A DNA stretch of 59,581 nucleotides, taken from positions 1 to 59,581 of IMG/VR virus record IMGVR_UViG_3300031578_000032. One strand, given 5' to 3'. This DNA is from a virus. Taxonomy: Duplodnaviria; Caudoviricetes. The notes below the pieces were generated by a model, which did no database searches, was not told the DNA's origin, and saw nothing but the letters and a program-made list of their open reading frames with translations. The position numbers were made by a program, and so were the translations under genes. Of this stretch, positions 18,701 through 29,173 are shown piece after piece. Positions within the stretch are counted from its first letter, which is position 1. Each line of letters opens with the position of its first letter.

Positions 18701-19810
18701 ATGACAGAAAAGAAACATGTAGCACAAACTTTAATGAACGTTAATATACACCCCGTAACACTTGATATTATGGATCGAGGAATTGAACAACTATTCCCAG
18801 CAATTACAGAAGTTCAAGGATGGTGGGGATATGATCTCTTTAGTAGAAAACCAGGTCCAGCTTACTATGATGAAACTGGTAAACTTCAGTTAACCAACTT
18901 AGACCTGGTATGTTTTTTATGGGAATTATCCAAACGAGATTCTATCATTAATATTCCCGAATATAAAGCAAGACGATCTGGAAGGAGCAGAACAGATCAG
19001 ATACTTGTATCAAATAAGAATAGAAACGGAACAATTGTGGGTCTCCAATCCAACCAAAACTTCTTTAGTTTTTCAGTTAAGATTAAAGATATGAATGTTA
19101 TTGGCGAAAATTCGGTTGGAGATTTTAGAACATTTATGTTAACTGATCTTGATGGTTCATGGTATGAAGGGTGGAGATCAATCCAATTTATGCCAACTTT
19201 AAAAGAAAATAAATGGCTCTATGAAAATAAACTTTTTACAGGAAACACTATATATTTCAAAAACTTTATTGCACCAACCAGATGGACCAGTTTTTTCGGA
19301 CATCATTATTTTATTACTAAACTTATGATTGAGAGACTTGAAGAAGAAGCTTCTTTTTGCCGGGTAGCATATAAATTGATGATACAAAAAGGAATCAAAT
19401 TTCCAGAGGGAAGTGGCCCCCAGTCATATGAATACGATGAAAAAGCAAAGGGAGTAAAAAAAATATTTAATGCATTTGAAGTAAATCTTCAACACTCTCC
19501 TTTTACTGGAGAATATAAAGTACCAAAAGCAAATCAGAAAAATATGATGGAACTCTATAATAGACAAAAAAGATATGGTAAAATCCTTAGTAATCTTCGT
19601 TTTATGATAAGAGCAACTGAATTCTCTCATTATAGTAATCCTGAAAATTTTCCTGCATGGTTGAAAAATACCAAATGGGAACCTAATTATGTCGAAAAGG
19701 GAAAAAGAATAAAATGGCAACGGTTAGTTTTATTCCAACCTGGAGTAGGAGAAACTGCCTGGTCAATCCTCAAGCGAACATATGAAAAATCGACTGAGGT
19801 TGCCGCATGA
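18701..19810 (+). CDS. hypothetical protein
   Basis: 369 aa, AAGGAG RBS, no recognised motif. Confidence 0.7.
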   Translation: MTEKKHVAQTLMNVNIHPVTLDIMDRGIEQLFPAITEVQGWWGYDLFSRKPGPAYYDETGKLQLTNLDLVCFLWELSKRDSIINIPEYKARRSGRSRTDQILVSNKNRNGTIVGLQSNQNFFSFSVKIKDMNVIGENSVGDFRTFMLTDLDGSWYEGWRSIQFMPTLKENKWLYENKLFTGNTIYFKNFIAPTRWTSFFGHHYFITKLMIERLEEEASFCRVAYKLMIQKGIKFPEGSGPQSYEYDEKAKGVKKIFNAFEVNLQHSPFTGEYKVPKANQKNMMELYNRQKRYGKILSNLRFMIRATEFSHYSNPENFPAWLKNTKWEPNYVEKGKRIKWQRLVLFQPGVGETAWSILKRTYEKSTEVAA

Positions 19811-20050
19811 TATTATGAGGAGTAGATTGTATTCTACCCCTCATAAAATAAAAGAAAGGAGATATCATATGATACCTCAATTTTTAAGTAAAAAATGGAA
19901 ACCTTATGAAGAACCAGCTGAACATATAATAAGAGATAGAGAGTCAAAAATCAAAGATGTAAAATTTAACGGGTCTTCTAAAGCTCTTATCTTTTTTATA
20001 CTCGGTGTTATGTTTACTTCATTATTATTTTATTTTTAAAGGAGTTAGAT

Positions 20051-20887
20051 ATGAAAATATACATTGATCATTTATTAAAAATAGGAAAGACTCATAAAGT
20101 ATGTGAGGATTATATTATTTCAGGTCATACCCCAGTCCCTTATATTATTTTATCGGATGGATGTTCTAGTTCTAAAGACACTGATGTTGGGGCTAGAATT
20201 CTATGTTATAGAGCTAAACAATATTTACAACGGAATGGATCTCTTGATTCTGTAAATGAATCTGAAATGGGCGATTATATTATTTGGTCTTCTAAATTAG
20301 CTATAGACCTTCTTGGATTAGATGTAACTGCTTTAGATGCGACTTTAACGATTGCCTATTACGTCAATGGAATATTAAAAATTATTATGTATGGCGATGG
20401 AAATATAGTTTATATTGATAACAATAAAGATAGTATATCAATTGAAATTAATTATACTAAAAATACTCCATATTATTTATCATATGAATTAGATCAAAAA
20501 AGAAAACAAATATATCAGGATAACAACATTAAAAAAACAATTGGGGGCTATTGTTATTATTCAGATATAAATAAAGTAAAAAGTGGAACAACCGGGATAA
20601 TAAAATGTGACAAACCATATATTTCTACTTATATAATTGAACCTAATACAGATCAAACTATTTTAATTTTCTCTGATGGGATTTCAACCTTTTTTAATAA
20701 AGAACAACAAGAATTCTTGCCTATAAAGGATCTTATACAAGATTTTTCATCTTTCAAAACTTTAAAAGGGGAGTTCTTACAAAGAAGGTTATTAAGTAAA
20801 AATGGTGCTATAACTAAGTTAGAACAACAAGGTTATGATCACTTTGATGATTTATCAGTTGGAGCTTTTGTTATTCGATGCAACTAA
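20051..20887 (+). CDS. PP2C-family protein phosphatase (TerY-P type)
   Basis: GKTHKVCED, LSDGCSS, ATL, GDG, FSDG, DDLS. Confidence 0.88.
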   Translation: MKIYIDHLLKIGKTHKVCEDYIISGHTPVPYIILSDGCSSSKDTDVGARILCYRAKQYLQRNGSLDSVNESEMGDYIIWSSKLAIDLLGLDVTALDATLTIAYYVNGILKIIMYGDGNIVYIDNNKDSISIEINYTKNTPYYLSYELDQKRKQIYQDNNIKKTIGGYCYYSDINKVKSGTTGIIKCDKPYISTYIIEPNTDQTILIFSDGISTFFNKEQQEFLPIKDLIQDFSSFKTLKGEFLQRRLLSKNGAITKLEQQGYDHFDDLSVGAFVIRCN

Positions 20888-21082
20888 CCAGAAGGAAAGA
20901 CTTAAGAATAGCAATTCTCTTACATATTGCTAACACTATTAGTGGTGAATTAATGGATTGGAATGGTTTAGAAGGGTGGTTGAATTTTAAATTTATTAAC
21001 GAAAAAGAAAGAGATATAGCAGCTGATATGTTTATAGCAGAAATACATCGTTTGCACAAAAGAATTGATTAAGGAGAAAAAA

Positions 21083-21289
21083 ATGCCATACTATAAATGT
21101 AGCGGATGCCACCATGAGTGGGAAGATTCTCAAGAACGAAAATGTGATTGGTGTGATACAAAAAACCCAATAGTTCTTGAAGAAAAAACTCCGTTAGAGA
21201 AATTTGTAAAAATACTTTTAAAAGATCCAGTCGGATTCTTTAAAGGAATAGGGGATAATAAAGATGTATCACATACGAGGAAAAAATAA
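21083..21289 (+). CDS. small zinc-ribbon protein
   Basis: MPYYKCSGCHHEWE...CDWC; AAGGAG RBS. Confidence 0.55.
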   Translation: MPYYKCSGCHHEWEDSQERKCDWCDTKNPIVLEEKTPLEKFVKILLKDPVGFFKGIGDNKDVSHTRKK

Positions 21290-22952
21290 AAAAGTTAAAT
21301 TTACACAGAACAACTTTATAGCAAAAGGTGGTGAAGGAAGTGTTTATAGAATAGGTAATGTTGTATATAAAATTTATGAAGACTCCTCTAAAATGATTCC
21401 CGAAGCCAAAATTAAAGAACTTAATAATATCAGCGATAGTAACATCATCAAACCTATTGATATTATTTTAGACCCATCTAATAAAGTTGTTGGTTTTACA
21501 ATGAGATATGTAAAAGGTGAACCTTTATGTAAACTATTCACAACTGCTTTTAGAGACAGAAATAATATATCTGATGATATGACTCTTGAACTGGTTGAAA
21601 ACATTAAAGATTCTACCTATAATATTCATTCAAATAAGTGTTTGATTGTGGATGGAAATGAATTAAATTATATGGTTGATAAATCATTTGTTGTTCCATT
21701 TTTCATTGATGTTAATAGTTGGCAAACTCCAAGTTTTCCAGCTACAGCAATTATGTCATCAGTTAGAGACTGGAATGTAAATACATTTTCTGAAATAACA
21801 GATTGGTTCTCATTTGCTATAGTTACATTCCAGTTGTTTGTAGGAATTCATCCATATAAAGGAAAACATGATAAGTATAAAAAGAATGATTTTCAAAAAA
21901 GAGTTGTAGACTGTGTTTCTGTATTTAATAAGAATGTTGGGGTTCCACCTGCAGCAAGGAGTTTTGATTTAATTCCTAACCATTATAAAGATTGGTATTA
22001 TAATCTATTTGAAAAAGGTAAGAGAAATGAACCACCAACTAAACCTGGTGTACGAAGTCCAATTACTACCAGACATATTATTATTAACAGTACAGATAAT
22101 TTTGTAATCAAAGAAATTCATGAGTTTAATTCTGAAATTATTTATTATGATGTAGTATATGGAGTTGAAGTCATTAAAACAAAAAATACCTTATACATTA
22201 ATAATAAAAAATATACAGTAGCACCAAACGTTGAAGTTTTATTTACAACTCAAAATTTAAATCCAATATTTGTTAAAATTGAATCTGGTCAATTGAAGTA
22301 TTTTTCTCCGGACTCTATCAAAATAAATTACTCTAAATTAAACTGTTCAGATAAAATGATTTATAAAAATTCTTTGTTTATAAAAAATGAGGGAAAATTA
22401 ATTGAAATATCTCTCAAGGAAATGAATAAACAAATATTTCCAACAGTAAAACATACATGGGGAATACTTCCGTATGCTAGTGAAATGTTTAGTGGGTGTG
22501 TTTCTCAAAGTGTATTTGGAAGACAGTTCTTTGTTATTATAGAACCAAATTCATCAGGAAATTCTGAATCATATGTTATTAAAGTTGATGATTTAGATGG
22601 TTATCGAGTTATTGATGCTAAATATGAATCCAATGTTTTAATTGCCACAACTTATAAAGATAGTCAATATGATAGGTTTATTATTAAACTTGATCTAAAA
22701 AATAATAAGTACACTTATAGAAAAGAAGAAGGTATTGATTTTATACCTGCTAATTTTATAGTGCTTGACAATGGAATTGTTATAAATATAAATGATCAAG
22801 ATTCCGTTCAGATATTTTCTAATATATACGGAAAAGATGCAGTTAAGGAAATTAAAGATCCTGCAATAGATTCATCAATGAAATTGGTCAAAGATGGAAC
22901 ACAAGCAAAATTTTTCAAAGGTAATAAATTATTTACAATAAAAACAAAATGA
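21264..22952 (+). CDS. Ser/Thr protein kinase-like protein (TerY-P type)
   Basis: GGEGSVY, VYKIY, IVDGNELN, IDVNSWQ, DWFSFA...GIHPYKG. Confidence 0.85.
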   Translation: MYHIRGKNKKVKFTQNNFIAKGGEGSVYRIGNVVYKIYEDSSKMIPEAKIKELNNISDSNIIKPIDIILDPSNKVVGFTMRYVKGEPLCKLFTTAFRDRNNISDDMTLELVENIKDSTYNIHSNKCLIVDGNELNYMVDKSFVVPFFIDVNSWQTPSFPATAIMSSVRDWNVNTFSEITDWFSFAIVTFQLFVGIHPYKGKHDKYKKNDFQKRVVDCVSVFNKNVGVPPAARSFDLIPNHYKDWYYNLFEKGKRNEPPTKPGVRSPITTRHIIINSTDNFVIKEIHEFNSEIIYYDVVYGVEVIKTKNTLYINNKKYTVAPNVEVLFTTQNLNPIFVKIESGQLKYFSPDSIKINYSKLNCSDKMIYKNSLFIKNEGKLIEISLKEMNKQIFPTVKHTWGILPYASEMFSGCVSQSVFGRQFFVIIEPNSSGNSESYVIKVDDLDGYRVIDAKYESNVLIATTYKDSQYDRFIIKLDLKNNKYTYRKEEGIDFIPANFIVLDNGIVININDQDSVQIFSNIYGKDAVKEIKDPAIDSSMKLVKDGTQAKFFKGNKLFTIKTK

Positions 22953-22968
22953 AGGAAGGAGAAGAAAT

Positions 22969-23499
22969 ATGCAAGCTGGATTGAAACACATTGATTTTGA
23001 TTCATTGGTTAACCCAATGGTTAAATTCATCAGAAGCAACCCTACTCGGAGGATGGTAAAGGATCCTGAAACAGGAAATATTGTCACCGACGACCGTGGG
23101 AAAATTGTCTATAAAAAGAAAGGTGGAAAGAAGGTCGGCGTTCTTGTTGCTGGAATTCATCCACAAAAAGACTATAAAATCATTGTCGGTTTTTCTATGT
23201 GTTGTAAGAAAGATAAGTTCAACTGGATTACAACAAGTGGAGGAAAAATGAGGGTAGACGGTTTTGGTAAAAGAGTTGCTACCAAACGTGCCATGAAATG
23301 GGAAGACTATGATAAAGTCTGGATTGGCAAACTTCCAGATGAGATAGAGAGAGACCCAACAGGATTGGTTATAATTCCTGACTCAATTTCTGTTGAACTT
23401 GGAGCATTCCTTGGTCGGTGTGCTGCTTATTATAAAGATAAAGAAGCACCTGTCTGGGTAGAATCCATGACTGTAGCAAGTCAAATTGAATCGTCATAA
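22969..23499 (+). CDS. hypothetical phage protein
   Basis: 176 aa; GFSMCCKKDKF...GKRVATKRA motif; strong RBS. Confidence 0.6.
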   Translation: MQAGLKHIDFDSLVNPMVKFIRSNPTRRMVKDPETGNIVTDDRGKIVYKKKGGKKVGVLVAGIHPQKDYKIIVGFSMCCKKDKFNWITTSGGKMRVDGFGKRVATKRAMKWEDYDKVWIGKLPDEIERDPTGLVIIPDSISVELGAFLGRCAAYYKDKEAPVWVESMTVASQIESS

Positions 23500-23524
23500 A
23501 ATTTTCGACCGTGGGAGGCGAAAA

Positions 23525-23551
23525 GGGCGGGTACAAAGATTGTGCCTGCCC
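23525..23551 (+). terminator. GC-rich hairpin
   Basis: GGGCGGGTACAA-aga-TTGTGCCTGCCC (G-U pairs favour the plus strand). Confidence 0.5.
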
Positions 23552-24007
23552 AACTTATGAAAGGGGATTGAAAAATGAAGCAAAATTATAATTTTGTCTT
23601 AAAGAAATTTAAATTTAAAATTCCATTTATTAAACTAAAAATACCGTGTGGATATATTTTTTATAATACAGATAATATATTAAATAAAGGAACTTTAGTT
23701 GATTCTTTATTGGCAGAAGGATTTAAAGATAATCAACAATTTGAATTAATAGTAAAGGAGACATAAAATGATAAAATTTTGTGATAATATAGAAGCAGCA
23801 GATAGAGATGCAATATTAACACACGGAAAATGTTTTCTTAAAAAAATGGAAATATTAGAAGCGGATAAAATATCAAGGTATCTTTATGAAAATGATATTG
23901 ATATTAATATTCAAATTCATCAAGTTCTTGAATTGAAATACATTATATCTAAAATGAATGGAGATCTTGATCCTTCTGTTAATGGAGATTTTATGTTGGA
24001 TTAAATT

Positions 24008-24217
24008 ATGGAAACAAAAACATTTTATGAAGTTAAAAAAAGAATATGTACTGGTTGTAACAACTATATAAATGATGATGATGATACGTGTAATATATGT
24101 ATAAGACCTATAAACGACAGAGGAGAGATATGCCCATGCTCATTATGTTTAATTAAATCAATGTGTAGTCAATCATGTGAAGAATTTAGAAATTATTGTA
24201 ATAAAGGAGAAGTATAA
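24008..24217 (+). CDS. small Cys-rich protein
   Basis: CTGC...CPCSLCLIKSMCSQSC. Confidence 0.55.
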   Translation: METKTFYEVKKRICTGCNNYINDDDDTCNICIRPINDRGEICPCSLCLIKSMCSQSCEEFRNYCNKGEV

Positions 24218-25372
24218 ATGTCAAATGTGAAAGTATTACCAATGCTCTTTGGAGTAAGTAGAGTAGGAAAAGTAAAACAATGGCAACCAAAAGTTGAAGA
24301 ACAGGAAAACGGAACAGCAATTATTATAATTGATTCAGGATATGTTGGGGGAAAGATTCGAGAAAGTCCTAAGGTGATTAAGAAAGGAAAGAATATTGGC
24401 AAATCAAATGAAACAACTCCATATACTCAAGCTCTATCAGAAATTGAATCTGCATGGACTGCCAAGCGATATGAAAATTATGAACCTGATCAAATGGATC
24501 CTAATAATTATATACCAAGATATATGCTTCCTCAATTAGCTAAAGGCCCTGGTGCTGGAAAGATTGTATATCCAGCATTTATTGAACCCAAATTAAATGG
24601 AGTTTGTAACTTAGCAGAACCTCCTATGGTTCCGCCTTATTATTCTCCATCACGAGATTTAATTCTTCATCATACAAAGGGTGGACACTTTTTTGAAACC
24701 CTTGCTCATCTTGATGAATGGGTACATAAATTTAATGCTCCAGCACCACTTCATGGAGAATTATACAAACATGGGTGGAGTCTTCAAAAAATTGGTGCAT
24801 ATACCAAGAAAATAAAACCAGATCAACATCTATTGGAATATTGGTTATATGATATTGCTTGGGTAAATGTTCCTTTCATAACGAGAATTGAATGGCTTGA
24901 AGAAAGAATTCATTTGATAACAAAGAACTTCCCAGAATGCCCCATCAAATTCACTCCAACAGAGATAGTTAATAATTACGCTGAAGCAAAAATTTATCAT
25001 GATAGATGTGTGGTAAATGGTTTTGAAGGAGCTATGTTAAAAAATAAACATGGTATGTATATGTTTCAGTACAGATCAAATGAAATTGAAAAAGTTAAAG
25101 ATTATAAAACAGAGGAATTTGAAATTGTTGGTGGAAAAGAAGGAAGTGGAACTGATGAAGGCTGTATCGTATATAGATGTATAACCGAAGGTGGTCTTGA
25201 GTTTGATGCTCGACCAAGAGGTACGGTAGAGGATCGTCAAGAGATGTTTATAAACCTTCCAAATGATATTGGTAAAATGTTAACCGTAAGATTTGCTGAA
25301 TTTTCTGACGACGGAGTTCCTCTTCAACCAGTTGGGATTCCTGAAGCAGAAGTAATAAGAGATTATGAATGA
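24218..25372 (+). CDS. ATP-dependent DNA ligase
   Basis: EPKLNGV (motif I variant), HGELY, EGAMLK, KVKDY, OB-fold LTVRF...GVP. Confidence 0.88.
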   Translation: MSNVKVLPMLFGVSRVGKVKQWQPKVEEQENGTAIIIIDSGYVGGKIRESPKVIKKGKNIGKSNETTPYTQALSEIESAWTAKRYENYEPDQMDPNNYIPRYMLPQLAKGPGAGKIVYPAFIEPKLNGVCNLAEPPMVPPYYSPSRDLILHHTKGGHFFETLAHLDEWVHKFNAPAPLHGELYKHGWSLQKIGAYTKKIKPDQHLLEYWLYDIAWVNVPFITRIEWLEERIHLITKNFPECPIKFTPTEIVNNYAEAKIYHDRCVVNGFEGAMLKNKHGMYMFQYRSNEIEKVKDYKTEEFEIVGGKEGSGTDEGCIVYRCITEGGLEFDARPRGTVEDRQEMFINLPNDIGKMLTVRFAEFSDDGVPLQPVGIPEAEVIRDYE

Positions 25373-25535
25373 TAAATTCCCTTGTAAAGAATGTATATGT
25401 ATAGCGATATGTAGTGGAAAAGATTTTAGTGTATTAATGGAGGATTGTATTTTAATTCATGACTATTATTATTTTTCAAGAGAAGAAAATTTTGAAATTC
25501 TTCGAGAAATGGTTGAATATCTTAACCCACCATGA
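25365..25535 (+). CDS. 56-aa Cys-rich protein (not in ORF track)
   Basis: Manual translation MNDKFPCKECICIAICSGK...LNPP*; shares PCxxCxxxxxC with 24008..24217. Confidence 0.5.
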   Translation: MNDKFPCKECICIAICSGKDFSVLMEDCILIHDYYYFSREENFEILREMVEYLNPP

Positions 25536-25981
25536 AAATAAAATTTAAAAGGAGTTTAATTATGAGTACTATCACAACCCAAGGATCAATATTTGACGAA
25601 ATGCTGGGAAATATTCCTCCCAATAAAGGTAAAATCTTTCCGTTTAATGTAAGAGTTGGACTCATTAAATATCGCCCACCTCGTCATGACTTTTTTGAAT
25701 TTATACAATTTATGGGGAAACCCAATATTGGGGCAATTTTATATCATGAAAAATTTGACCCGGCAAGTTTTCTTACTTTTGTATTTCCTGAAGCACAAAT
25801 GAGTGTTCATGAAGAACGAATGTTTACATATAAATTAAGTAACCATCCTGAAGTTGATAAGATAGAACAAGTTGATATTATAACAAAATCTCCCATAATC
25901 ATTAGTAGTTTTAGGGCTGAAATGATTAGAATCATTACTTGGGAAGGTGATGAAAAATATGAAAATGTTGGAAAGGATTAA
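25532..25981 (+). CDS. hypothetical protein
   Basis: 149 aa ORF; AAGGAG precedes the internal ATG at 25562. Confidence 0.55.
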   Translation: MKIKFKRSLIMSTITTQGSIFDEMLGNIPPNKGKIFPFNVRVGLIKYRPPRHDFFEFIQFMGKPNIGAILYHEKFDPASFLTFVFPEAQMSVHEERMFTYKLSNHPEVDKIEQVDIITKSPIIISSFRAEMIRIITWEGDEKYENVGKD

Positions 25982-25998
25982 CAAGGAGGACAAACCTC

Positions 25999-26286
25999 AT
26001 GATATTTATTATCAAATTAATGTTACTGTTTTTTATCTTAGGTCTTTCGATGTTAGGAATAACTGGATTTGCTTTCTGTATTCATCTTGCTCAAAAACTA
26101 AATTCAACAATAAGAATTATAATATATACTGGATTCACTATAATATTTCTTGTTACTTTGGGTATGGATTTATCATTTAACGGAATTCCTATATTAGCAT
26201 TATATGGTATGGGTTTTATTCTTATTGGTTTCTGTAGTATACCAATCAGATATTTATGGAGAACTACTGATGAAAACCAAAGATAA
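25999..26286 (+). CDS. small membrane protein
   Basis: About three hydrophobic segments; AAGGAGG RBS. Confidence 0.55.
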   Translation: MIFIIKLMLLFFILGLSMLGITGFAFCIHLAQKLNSTIRIIIYTGFTIIFLVTLGMDLSFNGIPILALYGMGFILIGFCSIPIRYLWRTTDENQR

Positions 26287-26455
26287 AAAAGTAGTATATA
26301 CAGTTTATGATATAATAAGAAATGAAATCAATATGGAACCTTTAATATGTCTTCATTGTAAACAAGTTGGTGAGGTTACATATTATCATGATATGGAAGA
26401 TGCCCATTGCGAACTTTGCGGTAAATGGCAACTCAATAAATAAGGAGGAATATTA

Positions 26456-26689
26456 ATGGAAAGATATATATATTTTATAGATATTTTAGCATGGATATTT
26501 GCAATTTTATCTACATTATTTGTTGTTGGTAGGTTAATTGCTTATTCACTATATGATGACTTAGATAAATTACGAGATAAATTAAATGGAGTAGAAGCAA
26601 GGTTTCCAATAATCAATGGAAGTATTGTAGCAATTATATGTTGGGTTTGGATAATTGCCTCCTATTTAGTTGAAGGTAAATTATTATGA
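26456..26689 (+). CDS. small membrane protein
   Basis: Two hydrophobic segments; AAGGAGG RBS. Confidence 0.55.
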   Translation: MERYIYFIDILAWIFAILSTLFVVGRLIAYSLYDDLDKLRDKLNGVEARFPIINGSIVAIICWVWIIASYLVEGKLL

Positions 26690-27345
26690 AAACAAACATT
26701 ATAGTAACCGGAGATGTTCATGGAGATTTTGGTGCCTTAAATGAGATAATTTCTAAAAAGAAAAAACATGGTTTGGAATTAGTTATCTGTTGTGGAGATT
26801 TTGGATTTTGGCCACAGGGACCTGGCCAAGTCATAAAAGGAATTAAAAATCAAGGAGTTAAAATTCTTTTCTGTGATGGAAACCATGAAAATCATCATGC
26901 ATTAAGAGATAGAAAATCTGATGAAATTGTTCCAAATGTTTTCTATATGCCCAGAGGTTCCACTTATAAATTAGATGATGGAAGAAATGTTTTGTTTATG
27001 GGTGGAGCAGATTCAATAGATAAACAATGGAGAACTCCTGGTTGGGATTGGTTTCCAGAAGAACATATCACACAAAAAGATATGGAAAATTTACCAGACA
27101 AAAAAGTTGATATATTTATTACTCATACTTGTCCAACCGAATTAGTTCCTGATATGATAAAATATGATTATAGAAAAAAAGATGATCCATCAAATCATTA
27201 TTTATCAGAATTATGGAAAAAATACAAACCAGACTTATGGTATTTTGGGCACTGGCACACTGATACAACTGGTGTATTAATGGGAACAAGGTGGTACGCT
27301 TTAAATATGTCAAGACACACTAACTTTTGGAAATGGTTAGACTAA
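26686..27345 (+). CDS. calcineurin-like metallophosphoesterase
   Basis: GDVHG, GDFG, DGNHE, THTCP, FGHWH. Confidence 0.92.
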   Translation: MKTNIIVTGDVHGDFGALNEIISKKKKHGLELVICCGDFGFWPQGPGQVIKGIKNQGVKILFCDGNHENHHALRDRKSDEIVPNVFYMPRGSTYKLDDGRNVLFMGGADSIDKQWRTPGWDWFPEEHITQKDMENLPDKKVDIFITHTCPTELVPDMIKYDYRKKDDPSNHYLSELWKKYKPDLWYFGHWHTDTTGVLMGTRWYALNMSRHTNFWKWLD

Positions 27346-27396
27346 AAAGGAGATAACAATAAATTAAAGAAATTATATAATTATTAGAGGTGCAAA

Positions 27397-27996
27397 ATGA
27401 AAAAGTTATTTCAAATAATGTTACTGATAAGTTTATTATCAACAAATGTTTATGCTTTGAATTTAAAGGAAGGAGTAAAGTTTGCAGGAGGAGCATTGAC
27501 TTCTTATATGATACATGAAGGAGGTCACTATTTTGCAGCTGAAGTAACCAATAATGATATGGAATGGGAATTTATGAAGGATGGACAACTTATCTCTTTT
27601 TACTCAAATCCAGAATCAGATCATGATGGACTTTACATTAATTCTGCTGGATTGGTTTCGCAAGCTATAATGTCAGAAATCATTATTGATAGTAAATTGA
27701 ATAATGATGACTTTTTTGTAAGAGGGATGATGTTCTGGAATGTCTTAAATCCTATTATGTATGCAGTTGATTATTGGTGGTTAAAAAGAACTAATGAAAT
27801 AAAAGATAATACATATTTTGGCGATTTAGCAGGTATCGAATATTATTCTGATAAAAAAACAGCTAACATTTTCGCCGGAACTATGGTATTATTAGCACTG
27901 TGGCATGGACATAGATTTTGTAGTGAAGAGACTACAAACTTTAATCTCATGCCAATAAAAGATGGAGTTGGATTAAATTTTACATATAGATTTTAA
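27397..27996 (+). CDS. exported/membrane protein with HExxH motif
   Basis: Signal peptide (VYA|L), IHEGGH, SAG, C-terminal aromatic beta-strand LNFTYRF. Confidence 0.6.
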   Translation: MKKLFQIMLLISLLSTNVYALNLKEGVKFAGGALTSYMIHEGGHYFAAEVTNNDMEWEFMKDGQLISFYSNPESDHDGLYINSAGLVSQAIMSEIIIDSKLNNDDFFVRGMMFWNVLNPIMYAVDYWWLKRTNEIKDNTYFGDLAGIEYYSDKKTANIFAGTMVLLALWHGHRFCSEETTNFNLMPIKDGVGLNFTYRF

Positions 27997-27998
27997 AA
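27963..27998 (+). repeat. 36-bp direct repeat, copy 1 (3' end of the 27397 gene)
   Basis: TGGAGTTGGATTAAatTTTACATATAGaTTTTAAAA; 33/36 identical to 29665-29700. Confidence 0.85.
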
Positions 27999-28126
27999 AT
28001 GAAAGAAAAGAAGACCTAATTTTAATTAACTGAACTGAAAGTAGAAAGAGTTAAAAAATAATATCATATCAAATGGAGGGATAATTATGTCCCTCCCAAC
28101 AACATAAAAATTTTGAAGGAGGAAAC

Positions 28127-29173
28127 ATGTTACAAACACACGTTGCGTTTTGTATTGATGAAAGTGGGTCGGTTACAGGAATTATCAAACCCCTCGTTGA
28201 AGCGTATAATCAAACAGTTATAGATATTCGGGGGTCAGTATTAGACGAAGGTCAAGAAGCGTCAATGACCGCCCTTGCATTTGGAGATAGAGTTCTCCGA
28301 CATAGGATTCTTTATTCTGGTCAACAAGTTCAGACCGTTAAACCTTTAAGTTATAAAGATTTCAATCCAAGTGGGATGACTCCATTATTTGATTCTGTAT
28401 ATCGTGCCATCAAAAAATTAGAAGAGCTGGATGATGGAAAAGAAGATACATCATTTGTTGTATCAGTTATTACAGATGGACAGGAAAATGATTCTCGTGA
28501 TCCAGGTGTTCCAGCAACGATCAGATTGATTGAGCAAAAGACAGTGACTAATCGGTGGACATTTACATTTCTGGTGCCCAACGGTAGTGAAGATGTATTT
28601 TCCAGACAATTTAATATCCCCAGAGGAAATGTTCAAGGTTGGGATACACAAACTGCTGCCGGAACCAAGGAGGCATTTATTGTAAGTTCCAATTCATATC
28701 GAGGATTCTTCAAACAAAAATCTGCTGTCGGTATTGGTAAAAAGATGTCCAGTAAATCATTTTATTCCGATACCTCTGATCTAACCGTAAGGGCAGCAAG
28801 ATCAGAACTATCCGAGATTACCAACCAGGTTGTATTTATAGTGCCTCGTATGGACTGTAAAATTCGTGATGCCATCATTAATCATGGAAGAGAATGGATC
28901 AAGGGTGCAGCATTCTATGCCCTAATTAAAACTGAGAAGAAAGTCCAGCCTTATAAAATGGTTGCTCTTCGAGTTAAAACTTCAGGTAAAGTTTACTCTG
29001 GTCAAGCAGCTCGTGATATGCTCGGTATTGGAAATGCAACAGGAACAGTTCGATTGGTTCCTGGAGATCATGGTAAGTTTGATGTGTTTATTCAATCAAC
29101 AAGCATCAATCGAAAGATTCCAGCTGGTACCGAAGTACTTTATTGGCCAAAAGTCGGAAGTCAAAAGAAATGA
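28127..29173 (+). CDS. vWA domain protein (second copy)
   Basis: DESGS MIDAS, GMTPLFDS, ITDGQENDS. Confidence 0.88.
   Translation: MLQTHVAFCIDESGSVTGIIKPLVEAYNQTVIDIRGSVLDEGQEASMTALAFGDRVLRHRILYSGQQVQTVKPLSYKDFNPSGMTPLFDSVYRAIKKLEELDDGKEDTSFVVSVITDGQENDSRDPGVPATIRLIEQKTVTNRWTFTFLVPNGSEDVFSRQFNIPRGNVQGWDTQTAAGTKEAFIVSSNSYRGFFKQKSAVGIGKKMSSKSFYSDTSDLTVRAARSELSEITNQVVFIVPRMDCKIRDAIINHGREWIKGAAFYALIKTEKKVQPYKMVALRVKTSGKVYSGQAARDMLGIGNATGTVRLVPGDHGKFDVFIQSTSINRKIPAGTEVLYWPKVGSQKK

Noticed and set aside
18492-18704. 70-aa ORF starting at GTG 18492
   Set aside because: Start codon lies inside a strong hairpin with no clear RBS; may be a remnant, not confidently a gene
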